A stretch of 64,000 nucleotides of DNA from Candidatus Latescibacterota bacterium (lineage in GTDB: Bacteria > Latescibacterota > UBA2968 > GCA-2709665). Within the stretch, counting starts at the first letter, position 1, and every line of letters starts with the position of its first letter. The notes under the pieces were generated by a model. That model saw only the letters and a list, made by a program, of their open reading frames with translations, searched no databases and had not been told where the DNA came from. The DNA lies in the NCBI GenBank assembly GCA_963667175.2, contig CAXXXF010000015.1, positions 841,913 to 905,912 on the forward strand. Reading direction: 5' to 3'. This document shows, in pieces, positions 30,058-40,518 of the stretch. A program made the translations under genes and the position numbers.

Positions 30058-31143
30058 TTAAGCAGCTTGTAGCGTAAGCGCAACGTTGTACCCCAACTTT
30101 TCCAGGCGATGGGAGAGCCGAGAGACAACGTCGTGTTTCTTGCGCTGATCGAAATAGTTGCTGCCCGGATCTTGATAAGGTTGTGTGTGACAGGCCATAT
30201 GATAGGCGGCTGTGAGAATGGAATGAGCCACTGCCACCAAGGCGCGTTTCTTGCCCCGTCGTGCGGCCAACCGACGATAGAGAGCGGACAGATAAGTGTC
30301 TTTGGTGCGCGAGGCCGCCCAGGCCGCTTGGACGAGGGCAAGACGCAACGCAGGATTGCCTTTGGTGGTGCGCCCCGATTGACGTTTCCCTGCGCTTTCA
30401 TGGTTTCCCGGCGCTAAGCCGACCCAGGAGGCCAGATGCCGGTGGGTGGGGAAGCGGCCCATATCCACGCCCATTTCGGCCACCATAACCTCGGCCACGG
30501 TCTGGTTGACGCCAGGAATCGTATCCCACAAGGCCATGGCCTGATTGGGAAGGAGCCCAGAAGCTTGCGCAGGCTTGGACGAGGCGGCGGTTGGTGACTG
30601 CGCAGGCTTGGGCGAACCGCCCGAAGGAGGCTGCGGGTCTTTTGGGGGCACACCCATCGCCTCAATGTGTTGAGCGATCTGGTCGGACAGCTGAGAAAGT
30701 TGTGTTTCCAGAAAGTCCAGATGCGCCAGCAAGTGGCTCAACAAAAAGCGATGGTGGGGTCGGAAAAAGCCGGTCAGCGCCTGCTCCAGGTCGGCCTTCT
30801 TGTTGCGCAAGCGGCCCTTGGCCAACTCCGCTAACGCTGCTGGATCTTCCTGGCCTTGGATGAGCCCTTTTAGTATGGCCCGACCCGACACGCCCAGCGT
30901 ATCGCTGGCCACACTGGACAGCTTGATGTTGGCGCCCTCCAAAGCCTTCTGCACCCGATTGATCACCCGGGTGCAGCCCCACTGAGAAAGCCAATCGCTC
31001 AACGCCAGCAACTGCCGGGTCATTGTGGAGAAGGTCTTTACCTCTCGCCGGCTCGGCTTTGACCCTTCGGCCTTCATCCGGCAGGCAACGACCGTCTTTT
31101 TGTGGACATCCAAACCAGCGCAACAAGGGTAGATGACATGCAT
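30058..31143 (-). pseudogene. IS110 recombinase with apparent internal in-frame deletion
   Basis: CAGLDVHK and C-terminal TIPGV...LAPGNHESAGK...GNPALR present, but WGCT joins directly to RVINRVQK; the usual MESTG..W and KTD..D segments are absent. Confidence 0.75.
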
Positions 31144-31166
31144 CGCAGGCCTCCTGTGTCTGATCC

Positions 31167-31311
31167 GGCTGGTCGGGTATCTGCTGGGATAAGAGTCTAC
31201 TTGGCGGGCTCTCCCTTTACAGGGGGCGACAATAATGGATACCTCCAGATACCCAGGTCCAACTGTTTTTCAGGCTCATAGCACCATCTACAAAACGACC
31301 TTCGACCAGCC
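31167..31311 (-). ncRNA. Candidate IS110 bridge RNA in the non-coding end
   Basis: Outer stem ggctggtcg/cgaccagcc encloses two stem-loops (aggtc/gacct and gggtatctg/cagataccc) that contain matches to the target and donor junctions. Confidence 0.55.
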
Positions 31312-31937
31312 AAGGGTTATGGTGGCCAACAACTTACCACACAAGTCTGTTGACGCAACCATTTTCATCATTATGGGTGCCCCAAAGGGGCATGACAACT
31401 GTTTTGTGAACGGAGAGGCAGACCGCATACTGGAACGGTATCGCCGGACGTTTGACGCGAACCGGCGAATCCTACTCTACCGGAGGCTCCAGGAAATCCT
31501 GTATGAAGAACAGCCGTGTACGTTTATCTTCGTAGGGCGGTCGGTCACGGCCTACAGCAAGCGGTTTCGAGGGGTGAACTGGTATCCTTCGGGACGGACC
31601 GATTATTTGGAATGGTGGGTGCCGCAGGCGGACCGGCGTTATCCGTGAGACGAAATCCCGGCAACCTCGCGTGCAAAGGAGTCGCGCCCTCGAGGGTTTT
31701 CTACCCAGCTTCCTGCACTGAGAACTGTCAGCTTTTGGCTGGCGGACTGCCCATTGCCAACCGATTCGGTGGCGGGGTTGAGGGGGCTGATAGCTGACGG
31801 CTGAACGCTCACAATGGGAAAAGTTGTCAAGTCACACAACCCGCACTACGTGACGGTTTTTCTCATCGTGACTACCAATAAACCGATCCATAGATCGCTA
31901 TTGTGGAAGACGTGAACGAATCATTTTTCATATATGA

Positions 31938-34900
31938 ATGCACTCTTTCCCTGGCTTAACTATGGACAAACTTGAGTCTGGAACGGTCGTCGACGAGCGG
32001 TACGAGATCCTGGCTGCAATTGGTAGCGGTGGCTTAGGGACTGTATACCGTGCGCGCGACGTGAACGATAATGTCGTGGTGGCCGTGAAGATGTTAAATA
32101 TCCCGGGAGACGAGGCGCAACGGCGGTTCCTCAGGGAGTTCAATATTCTCTCGAGAATCCGCCATCCGCGGATTGTGCGATCGCACCATTGGGGCGTTTA
32201 TCAGGGCAAACCGTATTTCTCGATGGATTTCATTTGCGGTCGCAACCTGTCCGAACTGATTGCCAGCAGGGAAGACCGCGAGACCCTAAGGACGTTTTGG
32301 TTCGATTCCTTTGTCCGGCAGATAGCCGAAGGTCTGGCGTACTTCCACAGCCACGGTCTGGTACATCGGGATCTTAAGCCCTCCAACGTAATGATCTCGA
32401 TGGATGGCGACAAATTCAATGTGGTAATCCTCGATCTTGGTCTGGCTCGATTCCAGGATTCCAGGGAGCTGCGTCTGACGCAGCCGGGAAGCGCATCTGG
32501 CACAGTGGAATACATGTCCCCCGAACAGATCCGGGGCAGGGCGGTGGACCAGCGGTGCGACCTGTATTCGATGGGAATCATATTGTACGAGGTCCTGACG
32601 GGCGAACCGCCCTTTACAGGCGGGAATCCGGCTTCGGTTATGTTCCAGCATTTGAGAGACCTGCCCCGGCCGCCTCGCGCTTACGGCGCGGGTGTTTCTT
32701 CACATATCCAGGGCGTGGTCATGAAGTTGCTGGAAAAGGAGCCGATTGACCGTTACGATTCTGTGCGGAGCCTCCTGCAAGACTTGGCCATGAGTGATGA
32801 TGGCTCAATTGATCTCCAAACAGGTCGCGACCAGCCGCTAATGCAATCCGCTCCGTTTCTGTATCCGCAGTTCTTGGGCCGTGAAAGAGAGATGAAGGTG
32901 CTCCGGGAGGTTTTGAGGGATTCCGAAGAGGGGATGGGGCGGATGGTCCTGATAAATGGCGAGGCCGGGATTGGAAAGACCCAGGTCCTGGAGGAGTTTC
33001 AGGCCGACGCCCGCGTTCACGGGATGCGAATTTTGACCGGGCGCTGTCAGGAAAGCGGAGGCCGCGCTTATGGGCCGTTTCTTGAGGCATTGCAGGAACT
33101 GGCGAAAAAGCCGAGAATTGAGGGAACAGATGCTGGCAATGCCGTTACGCGCGTGCTCGACGAACTTGATCGGCCGGTGTCAAACATCCAGAAAGACACC
33201 TATCCAGCTATGGAGATTCTGTCGGAATTTCTCGTTCACTTAAGCCGTGAGAAGCCGACCCTCATTTGTATTGAAGACCTGCAATGGGCCGACGACTTGA
33301 GCCTGAGATTCCTGGATTTCATGAAGAGGAATCCGGATCCAACGTCCCTTGTATTTGGCCTGACCTGCCGAAAGGAGGATGAAGACCCGCTCCCGGCTCG
33401 ACTCGAAGCCTTTACCAAAGAGACGGATGCGCCGGGCGTTGTATATCTGCAACTTGAGCCGCTGAGCTCTGAAGAAACGACAGACCTGGCTGCATCCCTG
33501 ATCGGCGAGCAGACTGTTCCTGAGGAAATAGCGCAAAGGATTTACGAGCAATCGGGCGGAAATCCACTTTTCATCGTTGAATTGGTCCGAAGTTCTATCG
33601 AGGGCGGTCCGATCAGTCAGGATTCATCCGGTCGATGGACGTGGAGGACCTCCCATGAGTGGCCGATGCCTTCGGGCGTCGTGCATGCCATTGAGTTTCG
33701 CCTCCGCCGGTTACGGGCCGCGCAGCGTCAGGTGCTGGAATACGCCTCGATCTTCCGCGGCGCGTTTTCGTTCGACATGATTTCACAGGTCTGGAGGGGG
33801 GATGACCTGGAGCTGCTAGAGGCTCTGGAAGGGCTTGTGCGATTGGGGCTCCTTAGTGCCCTTGAGGACTCCGAAGGAAAGCACTGCTTTGCACACGGAT
33901 TATTGCAGAGGGCAGTTTACGAGGGGATCTCAGAAAAGAAACGCCTGCTGCTTCATCAGGAAGCGGGCAAGGCACTCGAGCCGAGATTCGAAACCGACGG
34001 AATTGAAGTCCTTGATGATCTGGCTTATCATTTCTCGAATTCCGACGACGTGGAAAAAATGACGCGTTATCTGACTGAGTCGGGTCGGTGGGCGCTTCGA
34101 ATGCAGGATTTTTCGCGCGCCCTCCAGCAGTTCGAAGCGGTAATTGAAAAGCAGGCGTTCTCTTCCGACGCACCCGCGGCCGTTTCCCTGGGTTCGGTAG
34201 CGCACCTGGATTATCTCTGCGCCTATGCCGAGGCGCTTTGCGGATGTGATCGGTTTGACCAAGCTCGGTCCGAATTGGATAAAGCAATGCAATGGGTGTC
34301 TGCCGAGACGCCCGCCCTGAAGGCGGACGCGTTGAGAATGTTGGGAATATGCTATTCGAATTCAGGTGAGAATCAATCTGCCGAGACCGTTCTGTTGGAT
34401 GCGTTGGATACCTATCGCAATCTCGGCAACGACGAGATGGAACTGATGGTCTTGGGACTGCTGCCCAATGTTTACCTGGAACTCGGGTGTGAAGAAGCCG
34501 CGGTTAAATATTGTCAGTCAGCCGCTGACAGGTGCCGTGAACTGGGAGGAGACATCAACGAGGCCCGTGCGTTTTTGTTTCTTGCCTTTTCCGAAGAGAT
34601 CTTGCACGAAACAGAACAGGCGAAATCGTCCCTTGAGTCATCGTTGAATCTGCTGGACCAAACGCAAGACCATCTCTATCGATACACCTGCCTGTATTTG
34701 TTGGGACGCATTGATGTAAGGCTGGGGAATTTCGACCGGGCCGAGCGAATTTTCCAGGATTTACGGGACTATTGGAGCAGAAGCGGCACGAAGACTGCTT
34801 GTGGCGTAGCGTGGTTCTATCTTGGGAGCATTGCCCTGGAACGGGGAGATGCCGCGGGGGCTGAGGCGCATTTGCGCTCGGCTGAGCGGCTACTATCGGA

Positions 34901-36854
34901 CGGTGGGAGTCACATTGAAGTCTACAGAGCCTGTGCGTTGTTGGCCGAGTCACTGGCTGAGATCGGCCACGCTGAAGAGGCGCTTCAGTGGATTGACAAG
35001 GCACGGGCGGGGTCAGAAATAGACGGGAATACACGCGCCGCGGTTTTGACTGCAGAGGCTAAAGTGCTGGCAGCGCGAGGTAGGGATGTCGACGTAGACT
35101 TGCTATTTGAAAGGGCGTCTCAATCCCAGGATCCACGGAACGGTCTTGAGCACGTACGACTGCTTCTTTTCGCCGGATCATACTATCTGGACAACCGGCG
35201 TTTACCGGAGGCCCGGTTATACCTGGAGAATGCTCGATCGGCTGCTAAGGCGATAGGACTGAGCTATTTTTGTGTTAAGGCATCCAATATGCTTGAACTT
35301 ATCCCTGAGGAAGTCGAAAAGGGGCCAACCGTGACCGAACGCTCATCGGCGCTTTCTGAGAAGCATCTCGCGACGCTTTGTGACGTTTCGCAGGATTTAA
35401 CGTCTGAACTCGACTTGGATGTCCTATTGGACCGTGTTCTCGAGCGTTTGACAAAAGTCAGTGGAGCCGAACGCGTACTGATAACCCTTAAGGAACAGAC
35501 CGCGTTCGATGTTCAGGTTGCGCGCGCGCATAGAATCGAAGATTCGGCGACACGAGAGATTAGCCGAACCATTATAAAAAGGACGATCGCACGAAACGAG
35601 CCGATATTGAGCCTGGATGCAGGTGTCGACGAACGATTCGAGAAAGGAGATAGCATCGTGGACTTCGGCATCCGATCGGTGCTTTGTATTCCATTGCACC
35701 ATGCGGAGTCAGGCGTGATTGGCGCGCTGTATATGGACCATCGCGGGTTAGACCAAGTCTTCAACGAATCCGACATGTCGTTCATGTGCGCCTTCGGGAA
35801 TCTGGTGTCCATTGCGGTCGTCAACGCCTGGAAGTATTCTCAGGTATTGGAACGCGCTCTTTTCTTGGGAAAGCAAGTTGAAGATCGCTATCAGATGGAA
35901 GGATTAGTCGGAAGGAGCCAGCCGATACGGGACGTATTCAACCTGATTGAGCAGGCCGCTGATAGCGGGGCTACGGTATTGATTCAGGGCGAGACGGGGA
36001 CGGGTAAGGAGCTTGCTGCGCGGGCGATTCATTCCTCTGGTACAAGAAAGGACCGTTTGTTTCTATCCGCCAATTGCGCGGCGCTTTCACCGGAGCTTCT
36101 TCAAAGCGAATTGTTTGGCCACAAGAAAGGCGCATTCACTGGCGCGACAACCGACAGAAAGGGACTGTTTGAATCCGCCGACGGTGGTACGGTTCTCCTG
36201 GACGAAATCGGCGATGCGTCCCACGAGTTTCAGTCGAGCCTCCTGCGCGTGCTGCAGGAGGGTGAGTTCCAGCGGGTCGGCGAAACATTGGGGCGTCGCG
36301 CCAACGTGCGGGTAATTGCATCTACGAATCGCGATCTCGAGTCGGATGTACGAAATGGTCGGTTTCGCGAAGATTTGTACTATCGCCTCCGGGTATTGCA
36401 GATAGAGATGCCTCCGCTACGCAATCACATCGAGGATACCCCGTTGTTGGCAGAACAGATCCTGCGACGGGTTTGCGCCTCACACAAAAAAAGTGTCCCT
36501 GGCTTCACTGTTGGGGCCATGCGTGTTTTGATGGACCACAGGTGGCCGGGCAACGTGCGGGAGTTGGAAAACGAGATCACGCGCGCGGTCGCGCTAGTGG
36601 AAGAAGGAAAAGAAATCTCCGCAGGTTTATTCTCCGTGGGAATTGGGTTGCGACAGCAGTTGAAGGACGATACCCGGGGGTTATTCAAATCGCGTGTAGC
36701 CGCCTTTGAGAGGCGAATGATTATTGACGCACTCGACCAATCTGGCGGGAATATCACTCAAGCCGCCAATCAATTGGGGCTGAGCCGAAACGGACTTCAA
36801 AAAATGACAAAGCGGTTTGGTTTGAGGGCTGGAACTGAGAAAAAAAAGAAATGA
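31938..36854 (+). CDS. Ser/Thr kinase - AAA/STAND ATPase - TPR-like - GAF - sigma54 activator - Fis HTH fusion
   Basis: [25 protein letters not shown]; [15 protein letters not shown]; SVLCIPL; [40 protein letters not shown]; [14 protein letters not shown]. Start could be ATG 31962. Confidence 0.93.
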   Translation: MHSFPGLTMDKLESGTVVDERYEILAAIGSGGLGTVYRARDVNDNVVVAVKMLNIPGDEAQRRFLREFNILSRIRHPRIVRSHHWGVYQGKPYFSMDFICGRNLSELIASREDRETLRTFWFDSFVRQIAEGLAYFHSHGLVHRDLKPSNVMISMDGDKFNVVILDLGLARFQDSRELRLTQPGSASGTVEYMSPEQIRGRAVDQRCDLYSMGIILYEVLTGEPPFTGGNPASVMFQHLRDLPRPPRAYGAGVSSHIQGVVMKLLEKEPIDRYDSVRSLLQDLAMSDDGSIDLQTGRDQPLMQSAPFLYPQFLGREREMKVLREVLRDSEEGMGRMVLINGEAGIGKTQVLEEFQADARVHGMRILTGRCQESGGRAYGPFLEALQELAKKPRIEGTDAGNAVTRVLDELDRPVSNIQKDTYPAMEILSEFLVHLSREKPTLICIEDLQWADDLSLRFLDFMKRNPDPTSLVFGLTCRKEDEDPLPARLEAFTKETDAPGVVYLQLEPLSSEETTDLAASLIGEQTVPEEIAQRIYEQSGGNPLFIVELVRSSIEGGPISQDSSGRWTWRTSHEWPMPSGVVHAIEFRLRRLRAAQRQVLEYASIFRGAFSFDMISQVWRGDDLELLEALEGLVRLGLLSALEDSEGKHCFAHGLLQRAVYEGISEKKRLLLHQEAGKALEPRFETDGIEVLDDLAYHFSNSDDVEKMTRYLTESGRWALRMQDFSRALQQFEAVIEKQAFSSDAPAAVSLGSVAHLDYLCAYAEALCGCDRFDQARSELDKAMQWVSAETPALKADALRMLGICYSNSGENQSAETVLLDALDTYRNLGNDEMELMVLGLLPNVYLELGCEEAAVKYCQSAADRCRELGGDINEARAFLFLAFSEEILHETEQAKSSLESSLNLLDQTQDHLYRYTCLYLLGRIDVRLGNFDRAERIFQDLRDYWSRSGTKTACGVAWFYLGSIALERGDAAGAEAHLRSAERLLSDGGSHIEVYRACALLAESLAEIGHAEEALQWIDKARAGSEIDGNTRAAVLTAEAKVLAARGRDVDVDLLFERASQSQDPRNGLEHVRLLLFAGSYYLDNRRLPEARLYLENARSAAKAIGLSYFCVKASNMLELIPEEVEKGPTVTERSSALSEKHLATLCDVSQDLTSELDLDVLLDRVLERLTKVSGAERVLITLKEQTAFDVQVARAHRIEDSATREISRTIIKRTIARNEPILSLDAGVDERFEKGDSIVDFGIRSVLCIPLHHAESGVIGALYMDHRGLDQVFNESDMSFMCAFGNLVSIAVVNAWKYSQVLERALFLGKQVEDRYQMEGLVGRSQPIRDVFNLIEQAADSGATVLIQGETGTGKELAARAIHSSGTRKDRLFLSANCAALSPELLQSELFGHKKGAFTGATTDRKGLFESADGGTVLLDEIGDASHEFQSSLLRVLQEGEFQRVGETLGRRANVRVIASTNRDLESDVRNGRFREDLYYRLRVLQIEMPPLRNHIEDTPLLAEQILRRVCASHKKSVPGFTVGAMRVLMDHRWPGNVRELENEITRAVALVEEGKEISAGLFSVGIGLRQQLKDDTRGLFKSRVAAFERRMIIDALDQSGGNITQAANQLGLSRNGLQKMTKRFGLRAGTEKKKK

Positions 36855-36991
36855 AGCGTATACAATGTAGGCAATATTTCGTATTTGTGATGCGGACCAC
36901 GTTGAATTCAGTCTTAGTTCTTGTTATTGAATGGTTTATATGCTTTTTCAGTCAACAACGCGTCTGAATTGTGCATACAATGTATACGCTT
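36854..36991. promoter_or_regulatory. Pair of inverted palindromic sites, candidate enhancer (UAS)
   Basis: aagcgtaTACAaTGTAggcaat (36854) and attgtgcaTACAaTGTAtacgctt (36968-36991) are near reverse complements, about 100-230 bp upstream of the sigma54 promoter. Confidence 0.65.
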
Positions 36992-37051
36992 GATGGGTAG
37001 GTAGACTCAGTAGGCGCAAAATCTGTATCGTTTTTAACATGTTGTTTTTAG

Positions 37052-37084
37052 AGCGCTTGTGTGTATACACAGGCGCTTTTTTTT
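37052..37084 (+). terminator. Hairpin with T tract (terminator or third binding site)
   Basis: agcgcttgtgt-gtat-acacaggcgct followed by a T run. Confidence 0.5.
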
Positions 37085-37087
37085 ATC

Positions 37088-37102
37088 TGGTACGTTTGTT
37101 GC
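37088..37102 (+). promoter_or_regulatory. Sigma54 -24/-12 promoter
   Basis: TGGTAC-GTTTG-TTGC versus consensus TGGCAC-N5-TTGC, directly downstream of a GAFTGA activator. Confidence 0.8.
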
Positions 37103-37210
37103 GTTGAATTTCGGACAAGGTGAAGGGGCAAATGCTCGCTACCGGCGAACTATCCTGACTTCGAGTACGGATCTGTGAATTTCCCTTCCAAACAAACAAG
37201 GAGACTGGCG

Positions 37211-37438
37211 ATGAGACCGAATAATTCTGGACGTCCTTTTCGTTCGATCAATGCGGCCCTCGACAAAAACGGTAGAATTCACGGTTGTCTTTCACCTTCG
37301 GAACCGATTAAGGGGATTGTCTGTGTCTGGCCTCGGTTCCCTGTACTACCGCCGCCCGTGAAAACAAAATCTGCGCTTGAGGATGCGTCAAGAGAATCCC
37401 ATTCTGCCTGGCGTTCAGATGGGCAGAGAGGTAAATGA
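37211..37438 (+). CDS. Candidate RiPP precursor peptide (75 aa)
   Basis: AAGGAG RBS; first ORF after the sigma54 promoter; stop abuts the rSAM start; contains FRSIN and GCLSPSEPIKGIVCVWP. Confidence 0.6.
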   Translation: MRPNNSGRPFRSINAALDKNGRIHGCLSPSEPIKGIVCVWPRFPVLPPPVKTKSALEDASRESHSAWRSDGQRGK

Positions 37439-37439
37439 C

Positions 37440-38885
37440 GTGTTGCAAATAGAAAAATCGGATATACATCTGTTTAGAACGTCCGAAGACAACCGTGCAA
37501 TAATGTTCCAGGTTGATACCGGATTGTTTTTTGAGCTATACCCTCTTGCTGAGACCATTTTGAAGGAATGCGATGGTCTATCGGCTGAGAACATTGTGTC
37601 TAATCTTGACGGTGAATACAATCGTAGCGACGTACTAAATACAATTGAAGCCCTCGCGGAAGCAGGGTTTATATCGGATGCGTCCCTACATATGCTTCCG
37701 ACTAAAGCACTTGTCGATGAACGGCCCTGCGAATCGCCAGGGCTGAACACGTTCTCAGATCCGTTTCATATTACGCTTCACGTGGCGCATGCGTGTAACA
37801 TAAAGTGCGCTTATTGTTTTGCCCATGGCGGGGACTATGGCGGCCAGCCGGGAGTTATGCAGCCGGACGTCGCGCATCAGGCGGTACGATGGGCGTTGGA
37901 TTCTTCCATCCCATTCCGTAGATGCCAGATAGACTTCTTCGGCGGCGAACCTCTTCTGAATTTCGAACTGATTGGCGAGGTCGTTCCGTTTGCACGTGAA
38001 TACGCCCGGAAGGTTGGGGTGGACGTCTCTTTTGGCATTACGACAAACGGTTCCTTAATGACAGAAGAAATAAACCAGTTCTTGATGGATGAAGAATTCC
38101 AGATCAAAGTAAGCATAGACGGTAGCGCAGCTGTACAAAACCGGCTTCGAAAATTCCACGACGGGAGCGACACGCACGATGTTGTTGCCGAGAACGTTCG
38201 AAAGCTGACCGAGCGGTCTTCCGATCGAGTAGCTGTCCACGCAACGATGACATCCTTCAACATGGATGGGGAAGCCATAGGAAGGGACCTGGAAGAGTTG
38301 GGCGCCGCCCATGTGGAGTTGGCTCCGGTTGTCGCCTCTCCAAAGGCGCCCTATGCCTTTCGCGAAGAACATCTCCCGGAGCTGAAACGAGGGCTGCGAA
38401 AGCAGAGCCAACGGGAGTTGAAGTCGATTCTTGGCGGTACCCTTGATCGAGGATTCTTCGACGAGTACATCGAGAGATTGATGAGACGCGCGAAAGCCTG
38501 CCATGGATGCCATGGCGGGAAGACGTTTTTCGCGGTGGCTGCGGATGGCGCGATCTATTTCTGTTCCAGTTTGGCGGACAGCCCGGACTTCAAGATGGGG
38601 GACGTATTCACCGGGCTGGACGGGCAAGTTCAAGACGAAATCAACGAGACGTTCCATGTAGATAACCGCAGTGATTGCCGCACATGCTGGGCAAGGAATC
38701 TCTGCGGCGGAGGATGTCTGTTCGATGCGCGAGCTGCAACGGGAGATCCCATGAAACCTAATCCGGTCTCGTGCGAACAGATACGCTACCGGTATGAATT
38801 GGCCATGGAGATGGGCCTGGAAATCCAGAACCGAGACGAGACGATCCTGGGAGAGCGGTACAATCTGAAACGGATACATATATGA
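37440..38885 (+). CDS. Radical SAM/SPASM peptide maturase 1 (CteB/QhpD-like architecture)
   Basis: RRE-like N-terminus, CNIKCAYC, FFGGEPLLN, ITTNG, VSIDG, full SPASM C...C...CRTC-5-CGGGC...C; GTG 37440 after GAGGT. Confidence 0.92.
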   Translation: MLQIEKSDIHLFRTSEDNRAIMFQVDTGLFFELYPLAETILKECDGLSAENIVSNLDGEYNRSDVLNTIEALAEAGFISDASLHMLPTKALVDERPCESPGLNTFSDPFHITLHVAHACNIKCAYCFAHGGDYGGQPGVMQPDVAHQAVRWALDSSIPFRRCQIDFFGGEPLLNFELIGEVVPFAREYARKVGVDVSFGITTNGSLMTEEINQFLMDEEFQIKVSIDGSAAVQNRLRKFHDGSDTHDVVAENVRKLTERSSDRVAVHATMTSFNMDGEAIGRDLEELGAAHVELAPVVASPKAPYAFREEHLPELKRGLRKQSQRELKSILGGTLDRGFFDEYIERLMRRAKACHGCHGGKTFFAVAADGAIYFCSSLADSPDFKMGDVFTGLDGQVQDEINETFHVDNRSDCRTCWARNLCGGGCLFDARAATGDPMKPNPVSCEQIRYRYELAMEMGLEIQNRDETILGERYNLKRIHI

Positions 38886-38983
38886 TAGAGACCTGGAACA
38901 CGTAACCGTTTTCGACTAGACTGACAGTGTCGAATCCCAGGCGCCCCATCCACAAGCTTTGAAGACTCCACATCGTTCGAATA

Positions 38984-40465
38984 ATGAAACCAAAAATGAA
39001 CCCGGCATCACCACGTTACAGGAAAGAATGTCACATATTTGAAGCTGACGGACGAACCATTCTGTTCGACGTGGAAGGCATTCGCGCCTTCTACGTTAAC
39101 GACGTGGAACGCGAAATTATGGCCTTATGCGACGGCAGGAAAGCAAAAGAAATCATCAGCGCCCTGGGCGCCGTTTATCCCTCTGATCTTATTCACAACG
39201 CATTGGACCGCCTGAGCGAATTGGGACTAATGACCGACAGGTGTCACGAATCTGCTACGATCAGTGCTCCCGAACAGGTCGAAGTAACCCATCTAAATAT
39301 CGATTTGGCACACGATTGCGATATGGCATGCGGCTACTGTTACCTGGAGCCGATTCTTCAGCGGGAAAAACCAAGATATATGGACGAAAAAACCGCTTTA
39401 CGGGCGGTAGATTTCTTGATGGATGCATCTGGAGTATCAAAGACATTGTACATGAGCTTCTACGGTGGTGAACCGTTGTTGGCCGGCCCACTGTTAAAAC
39501 GAACGGTGGATTACGCAAACGAGCAAGCGGCTGCCCTTGAGAAAGATATCTTTTTTGATATCACCACAAATGGTTTGCAATTGAGGGAAAACACTGCCAG
39601 GGATCTCGCTAAGAGGGGTGTTTTCATTTCAGCAAGTATCGATGGAACCCAGGAAGTTCACGACGCTCTGCGAATAAAGGAGGAAGGGACAAATACGTAC
39701 TCCAGGGTCGTTGATGTCGTGCGCATGTTGGATCGCCTTTCTTTAAACGGCTTTGGACTTAGAGCTACGGCGACTGCACAGGATTTCGATTGGGCCGGAC
39801 AGCTTGCGCACCTCTTGAATCTAGCACCTACTGCCCACCAGGTCTATCTGGTACAAGCAGTGCTGCAACGGGACGATGCACGCGCTATTTCAGAACATCA
39901 CATTGCTGACGTCAAGGCCGCCCTGTCGGATATAAGATGGTTGATTCAGGATCATGTCTTGACAAATAACCCAACATGGATCGGCAAGTTAGAGGACGAT
40001 ATCTGGCAGATTGCGAATCAGAAGAAGAAACTCTATTCGTGCGGGGCAGGGGTCCGGAATCTGACGGTCTGTCCACAGGGCGACCTCTATACATGCTCTG
40101 GCCTCGTCGGTGATCTTTCTTTTAGAGTGGGTGACATCTTTGAAGGGATTGACGTCCAAAAACGAAAGCAGTGGATGATCGACCACATAGTGGGTGCAAC
40201 AGATCAAAGGGATTGGTCACGTTTTCTTTCCGGCGGGAGTTGCTACTTCCGCAGCTTCGTCCGAGACGGAGATACAAGGTCCGTTGACTTGATGGAGCGT
40301 GAAATTACCAATTATTCGCACGAACAGACTATCGCAACGTACTTGCAAATTGCCGAAAAGTCGCCCGGTATACTTGAGGCTCGGTACGATGCACCAAGTG
40401 AAACGAATCACGAAGTAAGTCTCGAATTACCTCACGAATGTATGCTTCATCGCGTCCACCGATAG
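38984..40465 (+). CDS. Radical SAM maturase 2 with degenerate SPASM domain
   Basis: RRE-like N-terminus, CDMACGYC, FYGGEPLL, ITTNG, SIDG, CGAG...GDLYTC; distal cysteines largely replaced. Confidence 0.88.
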   Translation: MKPKMNPASPRYRKECHIFEADGRTILFDVEGIRAFYVNDVEREIMALCDGRKAKEIISALGAVYPSDLIHNALDRLSELGLMTDRCHESATISAPEQVEVTHLNIDLAHDCDMACGYCYLEPILQREKPRYMDEKTALRAVDFLMDASGVSKTLYMSFYGGEPLLAGPLLKRTVDYANEQAAALEKDIFFDITTNGLQLRENTARDLAKRGVFISASIDGTQEVHDALRIKEEGTNTYSRVVDVVRMLDRLSLNGFGLRATATAQDFDWAGQLAHLLNLAPTAHQVYLVQAVLQRDDARAISEHHIADVKAALSDIRWLIQDHVLTNNPTWIGKLEDDIWQIANQKKKLYSCGAGVRNLTVCPQGDLYTCSGLVGDLSFRVGDIFEGIDVQKRKQWMIDHIVGATDQRDWSRFLSGGSCYFRSFVRDGDTRSVDLMEREITNYSHEQTIATYLQIAEKSPGILEARYDAPSETNHEVSLELPHECMLHRVHR

Positions 40466-40518
40466 ACGTATTGCATGTAAGGGTTTCGGTGGCCTCCTGA
40501 GTCTGTAGGGAGTTTACG

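Larger units (their letters stand above)
30004..31400 (-). mobile_element. IS110-family insertion sequence with CT core at both junctions
   Basis: Junctions tatac-CT-acttag and gacaa-CT-gttttg; no long terminal inverted repeats or target duplication. Confidence 0.88.
28400..31648 (+). pseudogene. Family 5 (peptide/nickel) ABC substrate-binding protein split by IS110
   Basis: FSDGRPLTTEDVLFTF, GSGPY, DKRVRRAM. Removing the IS restores ...DGANYT-CFVNGEADRILE... in frame. Confidence 0.88.

Noticed and set aside
31235-31400. N-terminus of the 137-aa ORF
   Set aside because: Lies in the IS110 non-coding end; only the part after 31400 is the binding-protein C-terminus.
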